Positions 19,648 to 28,687 of a DNA stretch of 64,000 nt are shown piece by piece (position 1 is the stretch's first letter; the number at the start of each line of letters is the position of its first letter). The notes beneath the pieces are model-generated. The model was not told the origin of the DNA, did not search any database, and was given only the letters and a program-made list of their open reading frames with translations. The DNA comes from Elusimicrobiales bacterium (GTDB lineage Bacteria; Elusimicrobiota; Elusimicrobia; Elusimicrobiales; UBA9959), in NCBI GenBank assembly GCA_026416895.1, contig JAOAEH010000029.1:228-64227 (forward strand). Direction: 5' to 3'. The translations under genes were made by a program, and so were the position numbers.

Positions 19648-20154
19648 CTATTTAAAATTATTTACAAAACTCTGGTATAAAAAAAATTCCTCTGTAGGAG
19701 TTTTTACTATCACACTTCCATCTCTAAGCGAAAGCTTCATTGTTCTTGAAGAATATCCACCGAAATGAGTTGCTTTAAATATTAAAGAATATTTCCACAT
19801 AATTTTTTTTAGCATTATTACATTTTTCATTCCTATTTGGAAAAAATCTTGTCTATCTTTTGCTATTGGACTTGCTCCACCACAAGCGCATATTATGAGA
19901 TTTTTTTTATCTGAGCCTTCTTCAATAAATTTTTTTAAAGCTAACTCCATACCTGAATTAACAAACATAAAAGGATTAGAAATACACTTTTCTTTATGAT
20001 TATCACAATCATCTAACATAGCATGTAACATACCACCTTTTTTTAAAACTGAATCAAAAAAACTAACACCTACACAGCTTCCTAAAGCATAGGTTATTAT
20101 TTCCTCATCTTGATCTGATGAAAACTTGAAATCACCAACATTTACAGTTATCAT
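19648..20154 (-). CDS. cheD: Chemoreceptor glutamine deamidase CheD
   Basis: ITYALGSCVGVSFFD (catalytic Cys context), ...GMLHAML..., size 168 aa, located between cheR and cheY. Confidence 0.85.
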   Translation of the reverse strand: MITVNVGDFKFSSDQDEEIITYALGSCVGVSFFDSVLKKGGMLHAMLDDCDNHKEKCISNPFMFVNSGMELALKKFIEEGSDKKNLIICACGGASPIAKDRQDFFQIGMKNVIMLKKIMWKYSLIFKATHFGGYSSRTMKLSLRDGSVIVKTPTEEFFLYQSFVNNFK

Positions 20155-20158
20155 TTTT

Positions 20159-20965
20159 TTATACTTTTAGATATATAGCAGGTTGAATATATTTAAAGCA
20201 ATGTTTAATAGAGTTTAGACTTTCTGAATGACCTACAAACAGATAACCACCACTTCTGAGTATATTATAAAACCTATTAACAAGTGTTTCTTGTATCTGT
20301 TGAGTAAAATAAATCATTACATTTCTACAAAAAATTATATCAAAAGGTCCATTCATAACCCATTTATCTAATAAATTTAAAACAGCAAAACTTACAAGTT
20401 TTTTTATATCATCTTTTATTTTAAATAGCTTTTTCTTTGAATCAACAATTTCAAAATATTTTTCTATTTTTTCTTTAGGAATTAGTTTAATATCTTCAAA
20501 ATTATAAATAGCGTTTTTTGCTCTTTCAATCATACGTGATGAAATATCTGTGGCAAGAATTCTTTTATTGGATTCGTTTCCAAAAAATTCTTTTATTTCT
20601 ATTGCTATAGAATATGGTTCCTTACCATCCGAACAACCAGCACTCCATATAGTAAGATTTTTATTTTTATAGTTAGGAAATATATTGTTTTTCATGAACT
20701 CAAAATGTTTTATTTCTCTAAAAAAATCAGTTTTGTTAGTTGTAAGTATATCAATCATATTATAAAGTTCTTTTGTATCTTTCTCAATAAACTTAATATA
20801 ATCAATAAAATTACTAAAACCAAGTTCCAAAATTCTTTTTGAAAGTCGTGTTTTTACTAAATCTTTTTTAGAATCGTTTAGATAAATACCAGAGATAAAA
20901 TATAAAATTTCTTTTATCTTTTTAAACTCAAATTCTCTAATGATAACATCTTTTATATCAAACAT
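20159..20965 (-). CDS. cheR: Chemotaxis protein methyltransferase CheR
   Basis: TTNKTDFFRE, IWSAGCSDGKEPYSIAI, ATDIS, IFCRNVMIYF, GGYLFVGHSE. Confidence 0.95.
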   Translation of the reverse strand: MFDIKDVIIREFEFKKIKEILYFISGIYLNDSKKDLVKTRLSKRILELGFSNFIDYIKFIEKDTKELYNMIDILTTNKTDFFREIKHFEFMKNNIFPNYKNKNLTIWSAGCSDGKEPYSIAIEIKEFFGNESNKRILATDISSRMIERAKNAIYNFEDIKLIPKEKIEKYFEIVDSKKKLFKIKDDIKKLVSFAVLNLLDKWVMNGPFDIIFCRNVMIYFTQQIQETLVNRFYNILRSGGYLFVGHSESLNSIKHCFKYIQPAIYLKV

Positions 20966-22886
20966 TTGAAGTTACAAAAACATTTTCTTTCTTAAAATTT
21001 TCTTTATAAAACTTTATTATTCCTTGTGGGTCAATTATAACTGCTACTCTACCATCTCCAAGAATGCATCCTCCAAGTATCCCAGGAAAATTTTTAATAC
21101 CAGTTAATGGTTTTGCTACAACCTGTTGTTTTCCTATTACATCATCAACCATTAATGCTATTTTTCTTTCCTTATCTTTTACTATTACAAATATACCATC
21201 AATATTTTTATTTTCCTTAGAAAATATTTTTCTCATTCTAAATACTGGAAGTACTTCACCTCTTAAATGAAAAACTTCATCCTTTGAATTAATTGAATAT
21301 AGCTTGCCTTCTTCTTTTTTTGCTAATATATTTACCGCATTTACAGGAATTACATATATATCATCATCAACTTTAACAAGCATTCCATCTGTAACAGCCA
21401 TAGTTAAAGGAAATTTCAACCTAAACAACGTAAATTTCCCTTCTTGAGTTTTTATTTCTATCTTCCCTCTTAATGCTTCAACACCCTTTTTTACAACATC
21501 CATTCCTACACCTCTACCAGAAATATCACTTATCTTTTCTGCTGTAGAAAAACCTGGCAGGAATATTAAGTCATATATGTCATTTTCATTTAATTGAATA
21601 TTAGGGTCAATTAAGTTTTTTTCTATAGCTTTTTTAAGAATCTTTTCTTTATTTAACCCTCTACCATCATCCTCAATTTCAAAAATCACATTTCCATCCG
21701 CATTGTATGCTCTTAGATTTATAGTACCTTTAGGATCTTTCCCTTTATTTATTCTTTCTTCTTTAGATTCTATACCATGATCTATTGAGTTTCTAAGCAT
21801 ATGAACAAGCATTTCCTCAACGGAATTAATCATATTTCTATCTATTTCTGTATCTTCACCACTAACTTTTAAAATAATTTCTTTATTCATCTTTCTTGAT
21901 AAATCTCTTGCAAGTCTTTGCATTTTGTTAAACATATTTTTTATTGGAACCATCCTAAGTGACATACCAAGTTCTTGGAGTTCTCTGACTATTTTTTCAA
22001 GTTGATGTGCTTTTTTTATCATCTCATGATTTTTCGATTCTTCTATTTTTTGAAAAATCATCGAAAAAGTTATTGACATTTCACCTATTGTGTCTATTAA
22101 TCTATCCAGTTTTTCTATTTTAACTCTGATTGTTTTGTCTTCTGATTGTTCATCATAATTTTTATTAAATTGATTATCATCAATTTTATTTTCATTTTGT
22201 ATTGTTTCAACTTTCTCATCTTTTATTAAATCATCAGCCTTTTTAATTTTTTCTATTATATAATCATAACCATCTGGTTTTTTAACAGTGTAGTTATTAT
22301 TTTCATCAGAAATTATTCTTTCAATATCATCTAAAAGAAACTTTACTACATCTATTGATTTCAATGATATATCCCCTAATTTTTTTGTGAAAGGAATTTT
22401 CCCTTCTCTTATTTTTGATAGAAGGTTTTCTACATGATGAGAAAATTCTGATATAAAAGAAAGACCAATAAATGATGATGTGCCTTTTATAGTATGGAAA
22501 CATCTAAAAACCTTATTTATACTTTCTTTATCATTAGGGTTTGATTCAAGTTTTATAATAGCTTCTTCTGCATTTTGAATATTTTCTCTTGATTCTATTA
22601 TAAAATCTTTTATTAGTTCTCTATCTGAATCTTTTGGTATTTCAAAAGAAATACTATATTGTTGCTCATTAGATTTTACATTATCGTTTAAACTCTGCCA
22701 ATTTAGTTCATCAATAACTCTAAACACATCCTTTATATCTAAACTCCCCTCTTTTGCTTTTATTAATGAATCTAAGATTTTATTATACTGATGATTATCC
22801 GTTGATTTAAGAATATTTATTACTTTTTCTAAATCTTGTTTTGTTTTTATATCGTTGATTAAAGCTGTTATTTCCTGTAAATCCAT
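20958..22886 (-). CDS. cheA: Chemotaxis histidine kinase CheA (P1-P3-P4-P5; no evident P2; ~85-aa N-terminal extension)
   Basis: P1 FRCFHTIKGTSSF, P3 TIRVKIEKLDRLIDTIGE, P4 HMLRNSIDHGIE / DDGRGL / GRGVGMDVV, P5 CheW-like C-terminus. Confidence 0.95.
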   Translation of the reverse strand: MDLQEITALINDIKTKQDLEKVINILKSTDNHQYNKILDSLIKAKEGSLDIKDVFRVIDELNWQSLNDNVKSNEQQYSISFEIPKDSDRELIKDFIIESRENIQNAEEAIIKLESNPNDKESINKVFRCFHTIKGTSSFIGLSFISEFSHHVENLLSKIREGKIPFTKKLGDISLKSIDVVKFLLDDIERIISDENNNYTVKKPDGYDYIIEKIKKADDLIKDEKVETIQNENKIDDNQFNKNYDEQSEDKTIRVKIEKLDRLIDTIGEMSITFSMIFQKIEESKNHEMIKKAHQLEKIVRELQELGMSLRMVPIKNMFNKMQRLARDLSRKMNKEIILKVSGEDTEIDRNMINSVEEMLVHMLRNSIDHGIESKEERINKGKDPKGTINLRAYNADGNVIFEIEDDGRGLNKEKILKKAIEKNLIDPNIQLNENDIYDLIFLPGFSTAEKISDISGRGVGMDVVKKGVEALRGKIEIKTQEGKFTLFRLKFPLTMAVTDGMLVKVDDDIYVIPVNAVNILAKKEEGKLYSINSKDEVFHLRGEVLPVFRMRKIFSKENKNIDGIFVIVKDKERKIALMVDDVIGKQQVVAKPLTGIKNFPGILGGCILGDGRVAVIIDPQGIIKFYKENFKKENVFVTSNV

Positions 22887-22903
22887 CTCAATCCCCTTAT
22901 TTT

Positions 22904-22932
22904 AAAATAGGGGGCAGGTATTGCCCCCTATT
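22904..22932 (-). terminator. Intrinsic terminator after the hemerythrin-MCP gene
   Basis: The minus strand reads TAA-tagggggca-atacc-tgcccccta-TTTT. It is a GC-rich 9-11 bp stem that includes the stop codon, with a 5-nt loop and a short U tract. The cheA SD and ATG follow, so partial read-through is plausible. Confidence 0.6.
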
Positions 22933-25480
22933 AAAATGTTTTCAATACTGCTTCATTTTCAAGTGGAATTACAGAAGAAGGATCTAATTTTTGATTTTTT
23001 TGAATATTGTTTTGAATGATTTTATTTTGTTTATTAGATTTTTGTGTTGTAGAAGTTATTGCAGATGTTTTAAATTCTGAAATCATCTTCATAAGTTCCT
23101 GAGCTTGACTTGAAAGCTCTTGACTTGCGCTTGCTGATTCTTCACTGCTTGCTGCGTTTGATTGAGTTATTTGATTTAGTTGAGTTATACCTGTATTTAT
23201 CTGCTCTACTCCTTGTTCTTGTTGTTCACTTGCCGCTGTAATTTCAGATACAATCTGTGAAACTTTAATAGCTTGATTGCTTATCTCTTCTAACTTCTTT
23301 TTTACCTCCTCATTTATCTCAACCCCCTTTTGAGCATCTCTTAATGCCTCTTCAATTATATTTGCAGTATTTTTTGCAGCTTCAGCGCTTCTCATAGCAA
23401 GATTCCTAACTTCTTCTGCAACAACAGCAAAACCTTTACCAGCTTCTCCTGCTCTTGCTGCTTCAACTGCCGCATTTAGTGCTAAAAGGTTTGTTTGGAA
23501 TGCAATTTCATCTATTGTTTTTATAATCTTTGCAGTTTCATCGGATGATTTCTTAATTTTTTCAATCGCATCAGTAAGCTGTCTCATTTTTTCCATTCCT
23601 TCTTCACTAACGGTTTTTGCTTTCTCACTCATTACTTTGCCTTCTCTTGCATTTGCTGCGTTTTGTTTAGACATAGATGCTAATTCTTGGATGCTTGAAC
23701 TTATCTCCTCAATTGAACTAGCTTGTTCACTTGCTGCTTGTGCTAATGATTGAGCTCCAGAGCTTATCTGTGAAGCAGCAGAAGAAACCTGTTCAGTTGC
23801 ATATATCACCTGTTTTATGACTTCTTCAATGTTTGATAATGATTTGTTAATTGAATCTGCAAGCTTTTTGAAATCTCCCTTATAGTCTTTGGTTATTCTT
23901 TGTGTTAAGTCTTTCTGAGCAACTTTTTCCATTACATTTGATACTTCATTTATAGGTTCAACTATAGTATTTATAAGTTTATTTATATCCTCTACAATAT
24001 TTTTGAATTTACCTTGATGTTTTGAAGTATCAGTTCTTTGAGAAAGATTTCCATCAATAGCGCTTGAAATCAAAATATTTATATCTGAGATAAGAGTATT
24101 TATAGTATCTTTTAGTCTATTTAAAGCAGGAGCAATAAGATCAGCATCATCTTTTGGTATAAAGTTCCAGTTTAAATCACCTTTTGAAGTTTTTATTAAT
24201 GCATCAATAACCTCATTTTGTAAATAATCAGCAAATTTATCCATTTTCTTTGCAAGTTCCCCAATCTCATCGTTGGTATCTAAATTCATCCTTTTATCTA
24301 AATGTCCTTTTGAAAACTCATCCATCATCTCTACACCCTTTTTAAGCGGCTCAGTTATAAGTTTAGTTAGATAGAAAGATACAAAAACTGCAAATATAAA
24401 AGAACCAATCAAAAATGCCACAAGTATCACAAATGTTTCGTTTGCTAAATCAGTATTTGTGTCCGCTATTATGTTTCCTATATCTTTTGCAATTTTAGTA
24501 ATATTATCTGATAAGTTCAAAATACTTTCAATAATTACAGCACCTTGTGAAAGTTTAGCAATTATCTCTGCATTTGATTTATTATTTTTAATTAAAAGTA
24601 TTACATCAGATATAAGTTTAGTATATTCTTTTTCATCCTCTTGGAATTTTAACAAAATATCATAAATTTCTTTTCTTTTTTCTTCTATTTTATCTATCTT
24701 AGATAATTCTATTTTTTTATTTTTATATTCTATCTTCCAATAGTTATCCGGGCTATAGATAGATATTAATTCCTTTAAGCTTACTCCAATTTTTTGATTT
24801 TTTTCATCTACTTCTTTTATGTATTTTTCTGCATTGTTTGTTCCTTTATATAAAGCTGCTTGATAAATTTTTACTCTTCTCTCAGTTATAATTCTTATTG
24901 TATTTTCAACTTGTTGAGTCGGAATCATTCCCCGCTCGTAAAGAAATGTATCATATTTGTCTATTTTTCTAATATCATATAAACCAATTAAACCAACAAC
25001 TACAGTTATTATTGTTAAAGCACCAAAGCCAATCATAAGCTTTTTGCCAACTTTTAAGTTTTTCATAAAACCTCCTTTTTTATATAGAAAATTGTTATAA
25101 AAAATCCCATATTTTTTATCTTCCACATTTATGTGATTTAATAACCATTTTTTTAGAAAAACCATAATATCTGAAGATACTCCTATTGAGCTTTTATTAA
25201 GATTGTTTTCAAACTCAGTTACTTTATCTATAAAAACTTTATGGAGTTTTTTATGATTATGATAATCATTAAATTTTATAGATTTCTGAAATATTTCCTC
25301 TTCATTAAAATGATTTTGTGTGTATTCTTTAAGTTCATTTATAATTGACACAATTTCATCATATGAATTGTTAGAACCCATGAAATCATAAAGTTTATTT
25401 ATAATTCCTATAAGTTTTTTGTGTTGTTCGTCAAACCTTTTTATACCTACAGAGAAACTATCATTCCACTCTATAAACAT
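22931..25480 (-). CDS. Methyl-accepting chemotaxis protein with N-terminal hemerythrin domain (Hr-TM-periplasmic domain-TM-HAMP-MA)
   Basis: Residues 1-~130 carry the hemerythrin ligand pattern (FDEQHKKL; NHFNEEE; HNHKKLH; [10 protein letters not shown]). TM1 is [21 protein letters not shown] and TM2 is [26 protein letters not shown] is present, and the MA domain reads [36 protein letters not shown]. Confidence 0.9.
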   Translation of the reverse strand: MFIEWNDSFSVGIKRFDEQHKKLIGIINKLYDFMGSNNSYDEIVSIINELKEYTQNHFNEEEIFQKSIKFNDYHNHKKLHKVFIDKVTEFENNLNKSSIGVSSDIMVFLKKWLLNHINVEDKKYGIFYNNFLYKKGGFMKNLKVGKKLMIGFGALTIITVVVGLIGLYDIRKIDKYDTFLYERGMIPTQQVENTIRIITERRVKIYQAALYKGTNNAEKYIKEVDEKNQKIGVSLKELISIYSPDNYWKIEYKNKKIELSKIDKIEEKRKEIYDILLKFQEDEKEYTKLISDVILLIKNNKSNAEIIAKLSQGAVIIESILNLSDNITKIAKDIGNIIADTNTDLANETFVILVAFLIGSFIFAVFVSFYLTKLITEPLKKGVEMMDEFSKGHLDKRMNLDTNDEIGELAKKMDKFADYLQNEVIDALIKTSKGDLNWNFIPKDDADLIAPALNRLKDTINTLISDINILISSAIDGNLSQRTDTSKHQGKFKNIVEDINKLINTIVEPINEVSNVMEKVAQKDLTQRITKDYKGDFKKLADSINKSLSNIEEVIKQVIYATEQVSSAASQISSGAQSLAQAASEQASSIEEISSSIQELASMSKQNAANAREGKVMSEKAKTVSEEGMEKMRQLTDAIEKIKKSSDETAKIIKTIDEIAFQTNLLALNAAVEAARAGEAGKGFAVVAEEVRNLAMRSAEAAKNTANIIEEALRDAQKGVEINEEVKKKLEEISNQAIKVSQIVSEITAASEQQEQGVEQINTGITQLNQITQSNAASSEESASASQELSSQAQELMKMISEFKTSAITSTTQKSNKQNKIIQNNIQKNQKLDPSSVIPLENEAVLKTF

Positions 25481-25483
25481 AAA

Positions 25484-25894
25484 TTACCCTATTATATTTT
25501 TAGATTTTGCAAACTCACCGTATTTTTTATCTTCAACTTGAATATGCTTAGTAAGCCATTCCTTTAAAAAATTAATTATATCTACGCTCAAACCAATCTG
25601 TCCTCTTTTAAATCTACTTTCAAAATCCCCTACTTTTATGACAAATGCTTTATGTGAATTTATATGAGATTGAGATTCATTAAAATTTATCTCTTTGAAA
25701 AAATCTTCCTCATTTTTAAAATGTGTTTGAGAATATTTTATCAACTCAGAGATAATACCTCCCAATATATCCTTTGATTTTCCTTGTGACATTGCCAAAT
25801 TTAGATGGTTTATTAAAGAAACCAATTTTTTATGTTCTTGATCAAACTTATCTATTCCTACAGAAAGAGATTCATTCCAATTTATTAAATTCAT
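25484..25894 (-). CDS. Stand-alone bacteriohemerythrin
   Basis: 136 aa with FDQEHKKL; THFKNEE; HINSHKAF; KHIQVEDKKY. Clear paralogue of the MCP N-terminal domain. Confidence 0.9.
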   Translation of the reverse strand: MNLINWNESLSVGIDKFDQEHKKLVSLINHLNLAMSQGKSKDILGGIISELIKYSQTHFKNEEDFFKEINFNESQSHINSHKAFVIKVGDFESRFKRGQIGLSVDIINFLKEWLTKHIQVEDKKYGEFAKSKNIIG

Positions 25895-26385
25895 TTTACC
25901 TCCTCAGATATTTTTTTTAGTTTTTTTTCATCATCATTTGAAATTATTTTATCTATATCAAGAATTATCCTAACCTTTCCATTATTTTTGCTTATCCCAG
26001 TTATATATTCTGAATTAATTAAAGATAAAGTTGAAGAATCTTCAATTTCATCAGATGAAATATCAACAACTTCAGACACTCTATCTATAATTATTCCAAC
26101 AGATACATTTTTTGATCTAACAACTATAAAACATGTTTCATCTGTAAATTTTGCACCTTCCATAGAAAGCTTGAGTCTTAAATCTATAACAGGAATAATC
26201 CTTCCTCTTAAATTTATAACTCCTTTAATATAGGCAGGCATTCCAGGAACAGTGGTAATTGGCATAATTCCAATTATTTCTTGAACCTTCAATATTTCTA
26301 TTCCATATTCTTCTTTATCTAAAAAAAATGTTAAGTATTTACTTATTCTTTTAGTATCTTTTTTATTTTCTTGTGTAGTTTGCAT
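25891..26385 (-). CDS. cheW: Chemotaxis coupling protein CheW
   Basis: YLTFFLDKEEYGIEILKVQEII...VPGMPAYIKGVINLRGRIIPVIDLR. Confidence 0.92.
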   Translation of the reverse strand: MQTTQENKKDTKRISKYLTFFLDKEEYGIEILKVQEIIGIMPITTVPGMPAYIKGVINLRGRIIPVIDLRLKLSMEGAKFTDETCFIVVRSKNVSVGIIIDRVSEVVDISSDEIEDSSTLSLINSEYITGISKNNGKVRIILDIDKIISNDDEKKLKKISEEVK

Positions 26386-26387
26386 AA

Positions 26388-26876
26388 TTATACCTCCTCA
26401 AAGAGTTTTATTAACATCTTTTGATTATCAAAAGATTTAAAACACATTTTAGCTATCTCTTTCATTTTTGGAGTTGAATAGGTATAACTTTTTCCTTTAA
26501 TTACCGTAGGAAGAGATAAAGATAATTCCGTTTCAGATGGAAGTTTTGATTTTATATTTCCTGCTATCATATTTGCTAATTCACCAAAAGCATCACTAAC
26601 AGCTTCAGACCATTCATTTATCTCTTCCATCAACATAGCAGATGCAACTTTAATCGCAAATTTTTCATCTGTTTCGATAACAACAGTATATTTTTTCTTC
26701 CCACCAATACCTAAAAAAACACTTACTTCTACACTACCATTAAACTCTTCCTGACAGCTTGTTATTTCATTAGCAAGCATAGTCATAAATATATCACGTA
26801 CTACTGAGTCTATTTGATACGATATATCTTTAACACTAAATGTTTCTTTCATATTACATTCCATTTTATACTCCAT
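26388..26876 (-). CDS. cheX: CheX-type CheY-P phosphatase
   Basis: D-x3-E-x2-N-x~22-P signature in SDAFGELANMIAGNIKSKLPSETELSLSLP. Size and position next to cheY fit. Start may be M4 or M9. Confidence 0.75.
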   Translation of the reverse strand: MEYKMECNMKETFSVKDISYQIDSVVRDIFMTMLANEITSCQEEFNGSVEVSVFLGIGGKKKYTVVIETDEKFAIKVASAMLMEEINEWSEAVSDAFGELANMIAGNIKSKLPSETELSLSLPTVIKGKSYTYSTPKMKEIAKMCFKSFDNQKMLIKLFEEV

Positions 26877-27234
26877 TTATTAGTTTTGTTATTTTTTCTT
26901 GAATTGTTTCTTTTTTAAAAGGTTTTGTTATGAAATCAGACGCTCCAGCATTAATCGCTTTTTGTACATTTGAAATTTCATTTTCTGTTGTCAGCATTAT
27001 TATTGGAATTTTCTTCAAATTATCATCTGATTTTATATTTAATACCATATCATAACCATTCATCTCAGGCATATTCCAATCAGCCATTACAAGTGAATAC
27101 GAAGAGTCTGATTTTAATATATCTATTGCCTCTCTACCATTTGAAGCCTCTCCTACTTCATACCCAAGCTCCTTCATTATCCTTGAAACTATTACCCTCA
27201 TTGTTTTTGAATCATCAACAACAAGGATTTTCAT
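26866..27234 (-). CDS. cheY: CheY chemotaxis response regulator
   Basis: MKILVVDDSKTMRVIVSRIMKELGY...VMADWNMPEMNG...LTTE...ITKPF. Confidence 0.92.
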   Translation of the reverse strand: MKILVVDDSKTMRVIVSRIMKELGYEVGEASNGREAIDILKSDSSYSLVMADWNMPEMNGYDMVLNIKSDDNLKKIPIIMLTTENEISNVQKAINAGASDFITKPFKKETIQEKITKLINGV

Positions 27235-27248
27235 TTCTCCTCCTTAAC

Positions 27249-27632
27249 TTAAATACTTTCAATAATCTGTATTAGTTTTAATTCACTTTCTTTAAAATCT
27301 TTATCTTCCAATCCTTCATTTTTTATCTTCTCAAAGCTTATCTTTATATTTGAAATACACTCTTCTATAATTGGTATTTTATTTGAAGGTATATTTTTAT
27401 TTAAATTTTTAAGCTTTGTAAATAAATTTTCAATTTCCTTTAAAATCTTTGCTGTATTATCAAATCCCATCTGCATAAACATACCTTTCAATGTGTGCGT
27501 AGATATTCTTATTGCTTCTTGTGCAGAATAATCTCCTTTTTTTAAAGCCTCCATAGCTTGTTCAATATCTTTTATCCTTAATTGAGCCTCTTCCAAAAAT
27601 ATTGATAAAAATTCATTTGTTGCTTCCATCAT
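27249..27632 (-). CDS. Stand-alone Hpt phosphotransfer protein resembling the CheA P1 domain
   Basis: 127 aa with EFLSIFLEEAQLRIKDIE...IRISTHTLKGMFMQMGF...ENLF, i.e. the HTLKG phospho-His context and four-helix layout of CheA P1. Confidence 0.8.
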   Translation of the reverse strand: MMEATNEFLSIFLEEAQLRIKDIEQAMEALKKGDYSAQEAIRISTHTLKGMFMQMGFDNTAKILKEIENLFTKLKNLNKNIPSNKIPIIEECISNIKISFEKIKNEGLEDKDFKESELKLIQIIESI

Positions 27633-28021
27633 TCCTCCATATTAAGAGTTTTTTTAATTTTTTTGAGAAGAGAATCTTTATTTATTGGTTTTGTTATATA
27701 CCCTTGAGCTCCAGCTAAAAAAGCTCTATCTAATGAGTTTACATCATCAACCGCAGTACACATAAGAACAGGGATGTTTGATGTTTTCTTATTGTTTTTT
27801 AATTCAATTAAAGTCTCCCAACCATCTTTGTTTGGCATATTTGCATCTAAAAGAATCAAAGATGGCTCTTCTTTTTCTGCTATTTTTAATCCTTCTTCTC
27901 CGTCTTTTGCCATAAGTATTTCAAAGTTATCCTTAGGAATATGACTGGCTATGACAGCTCTTATAAAGCCGTCATCATCAACTATTAATATTTTTGGTTT
28001 CTTTTTGAATAGTCCAAACAT
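27629..28021 (-). CDS. Single-domain response regulator (receiver only)
   Basis: KILIVDDDGFIRAVI...ILLDANMPNKDG...MCTA...ITKPI. No SD is visible before ATG 28021. Confidence 0.88.
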   Translation of the reverse strand: MFGLFKKKPKILIVDDDGFIRAVIASHIPKDNFEILMAKDGEEGLKIAEKEEPSLILLDANMPNKDGWETLIELKNNKKTSNIPVLMCTAVDDVNSLDRAFLAGAQGYITKPINKDSLLKKIKKTLNMEE

Positions 28022-28135
28022 AAGTATTTTTTAAACTATTTTTTATAATCTTTTTTGCTTTATTTATCATTTTAAATCTACCTTTATAATTTATTTTGTT
28101 TAATAATAATATTTTTAGAATATTCATCAATAATA

Positions 28136-28162
28136 ATATCCAAATATTTTTAAAAAACTTTA
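28136..28162 (-). promoter_or_regulatory. Sigma-28 (FliA)-like promoter upstream of the REC-Hpt-cheY-cheX-cheW-hemerythrin-MCP operon
   Basis: Minus strand reads TAAA (28162-28159, overlapping the TAA stop of the 157-aa gene), a 15-nt spacer gttttttaaaaatat, then TTGGATAT (28143-28136). It shares TAAAGTT with the flgM and 62573 promoters. The -10 element is weaker. Confidence 0.4.
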
Positions 28163-28633
28163 ACTCATTTTTTCTACAACCCTCAAAAATAATCCATTTT
28201 TAGTAATATCATCATGAAAATTTCTTACAAAGTTTGCAGTTTTTTCCCCTAAAGCTTTTGTTATCTCTTTTATATTAATTTTATTTTTGTTGCTATTACA
28301 ACTTAATGAAATACCATATATCATATATTTTTTGGCTAAAAAAATTATATTTTTTAGTATTTCTGAATCTGTTTCAATATCTATTTTCCATAATACTTTT
28401 ATCTTTTTATTTTTTAACATAGATATTATCCCAAACATTTCAGTATTTTTTATAAAATTACTTAAATAAATGAATCTAAAATTTCTTTTTGCAAAAATCT
28501 CTTCTATAGGTTTTAGATATATTTCTATCTCATTATATTCACAAAAATTTATAATCTCGCTTATTTTTAAGGGTTTTAATAAAACTTTAGCATCTAGTTC
28601 AATCTTGCTCATACCTATTTTATATATCAGCAT
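28160..28633 (-). CDS. Hypothetical protein (157 aa)
   Basis: Long ORF in the operon orientation with no motif I can assign. Start may be M8. Confidence 0.4.
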   Translation of the reverse strand: MLIYKIGMSKIELDAKVLLKPLKISEIINFCEYNEIEIYLKPIEEIFAKRNFRFIYLSNFIKNTEMFGIISMLKNKKIKVLWKIDIETDSEILKNIIFLAKKYMIYGISLSCNSNKNKINIKEITKALGEKTANFVRNFHDDITKNGLFLRVVEKMS

Positions 28634-28687
28634 ATTAAAGTTGGAACAAATTTTTTTGAGGATAATTTGATAGAGATTTGAAAATAA

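Noticed and set aside
27978-28070. A ~30-codon upstream ORF (MINKAKKIIKNSLKN...) in the second che operon leader as a real leader peptide gene.
   Set aside because: It rests only on an AAAGGT SD-like element in very AT-rich sequence, and I have no conservation information. It is mentioned in a finding but not annotated as a feature.
28160-28633. Possible OMP-decarboxylase/TIM-barrel-like similarity of the 157-aa protein (ELDAKVLL..., KVLWKIDIETD).
   Set aside because: The catalytic DxKxxD pattern does not line up and the protein is far too short. The resemblance is likely chance.
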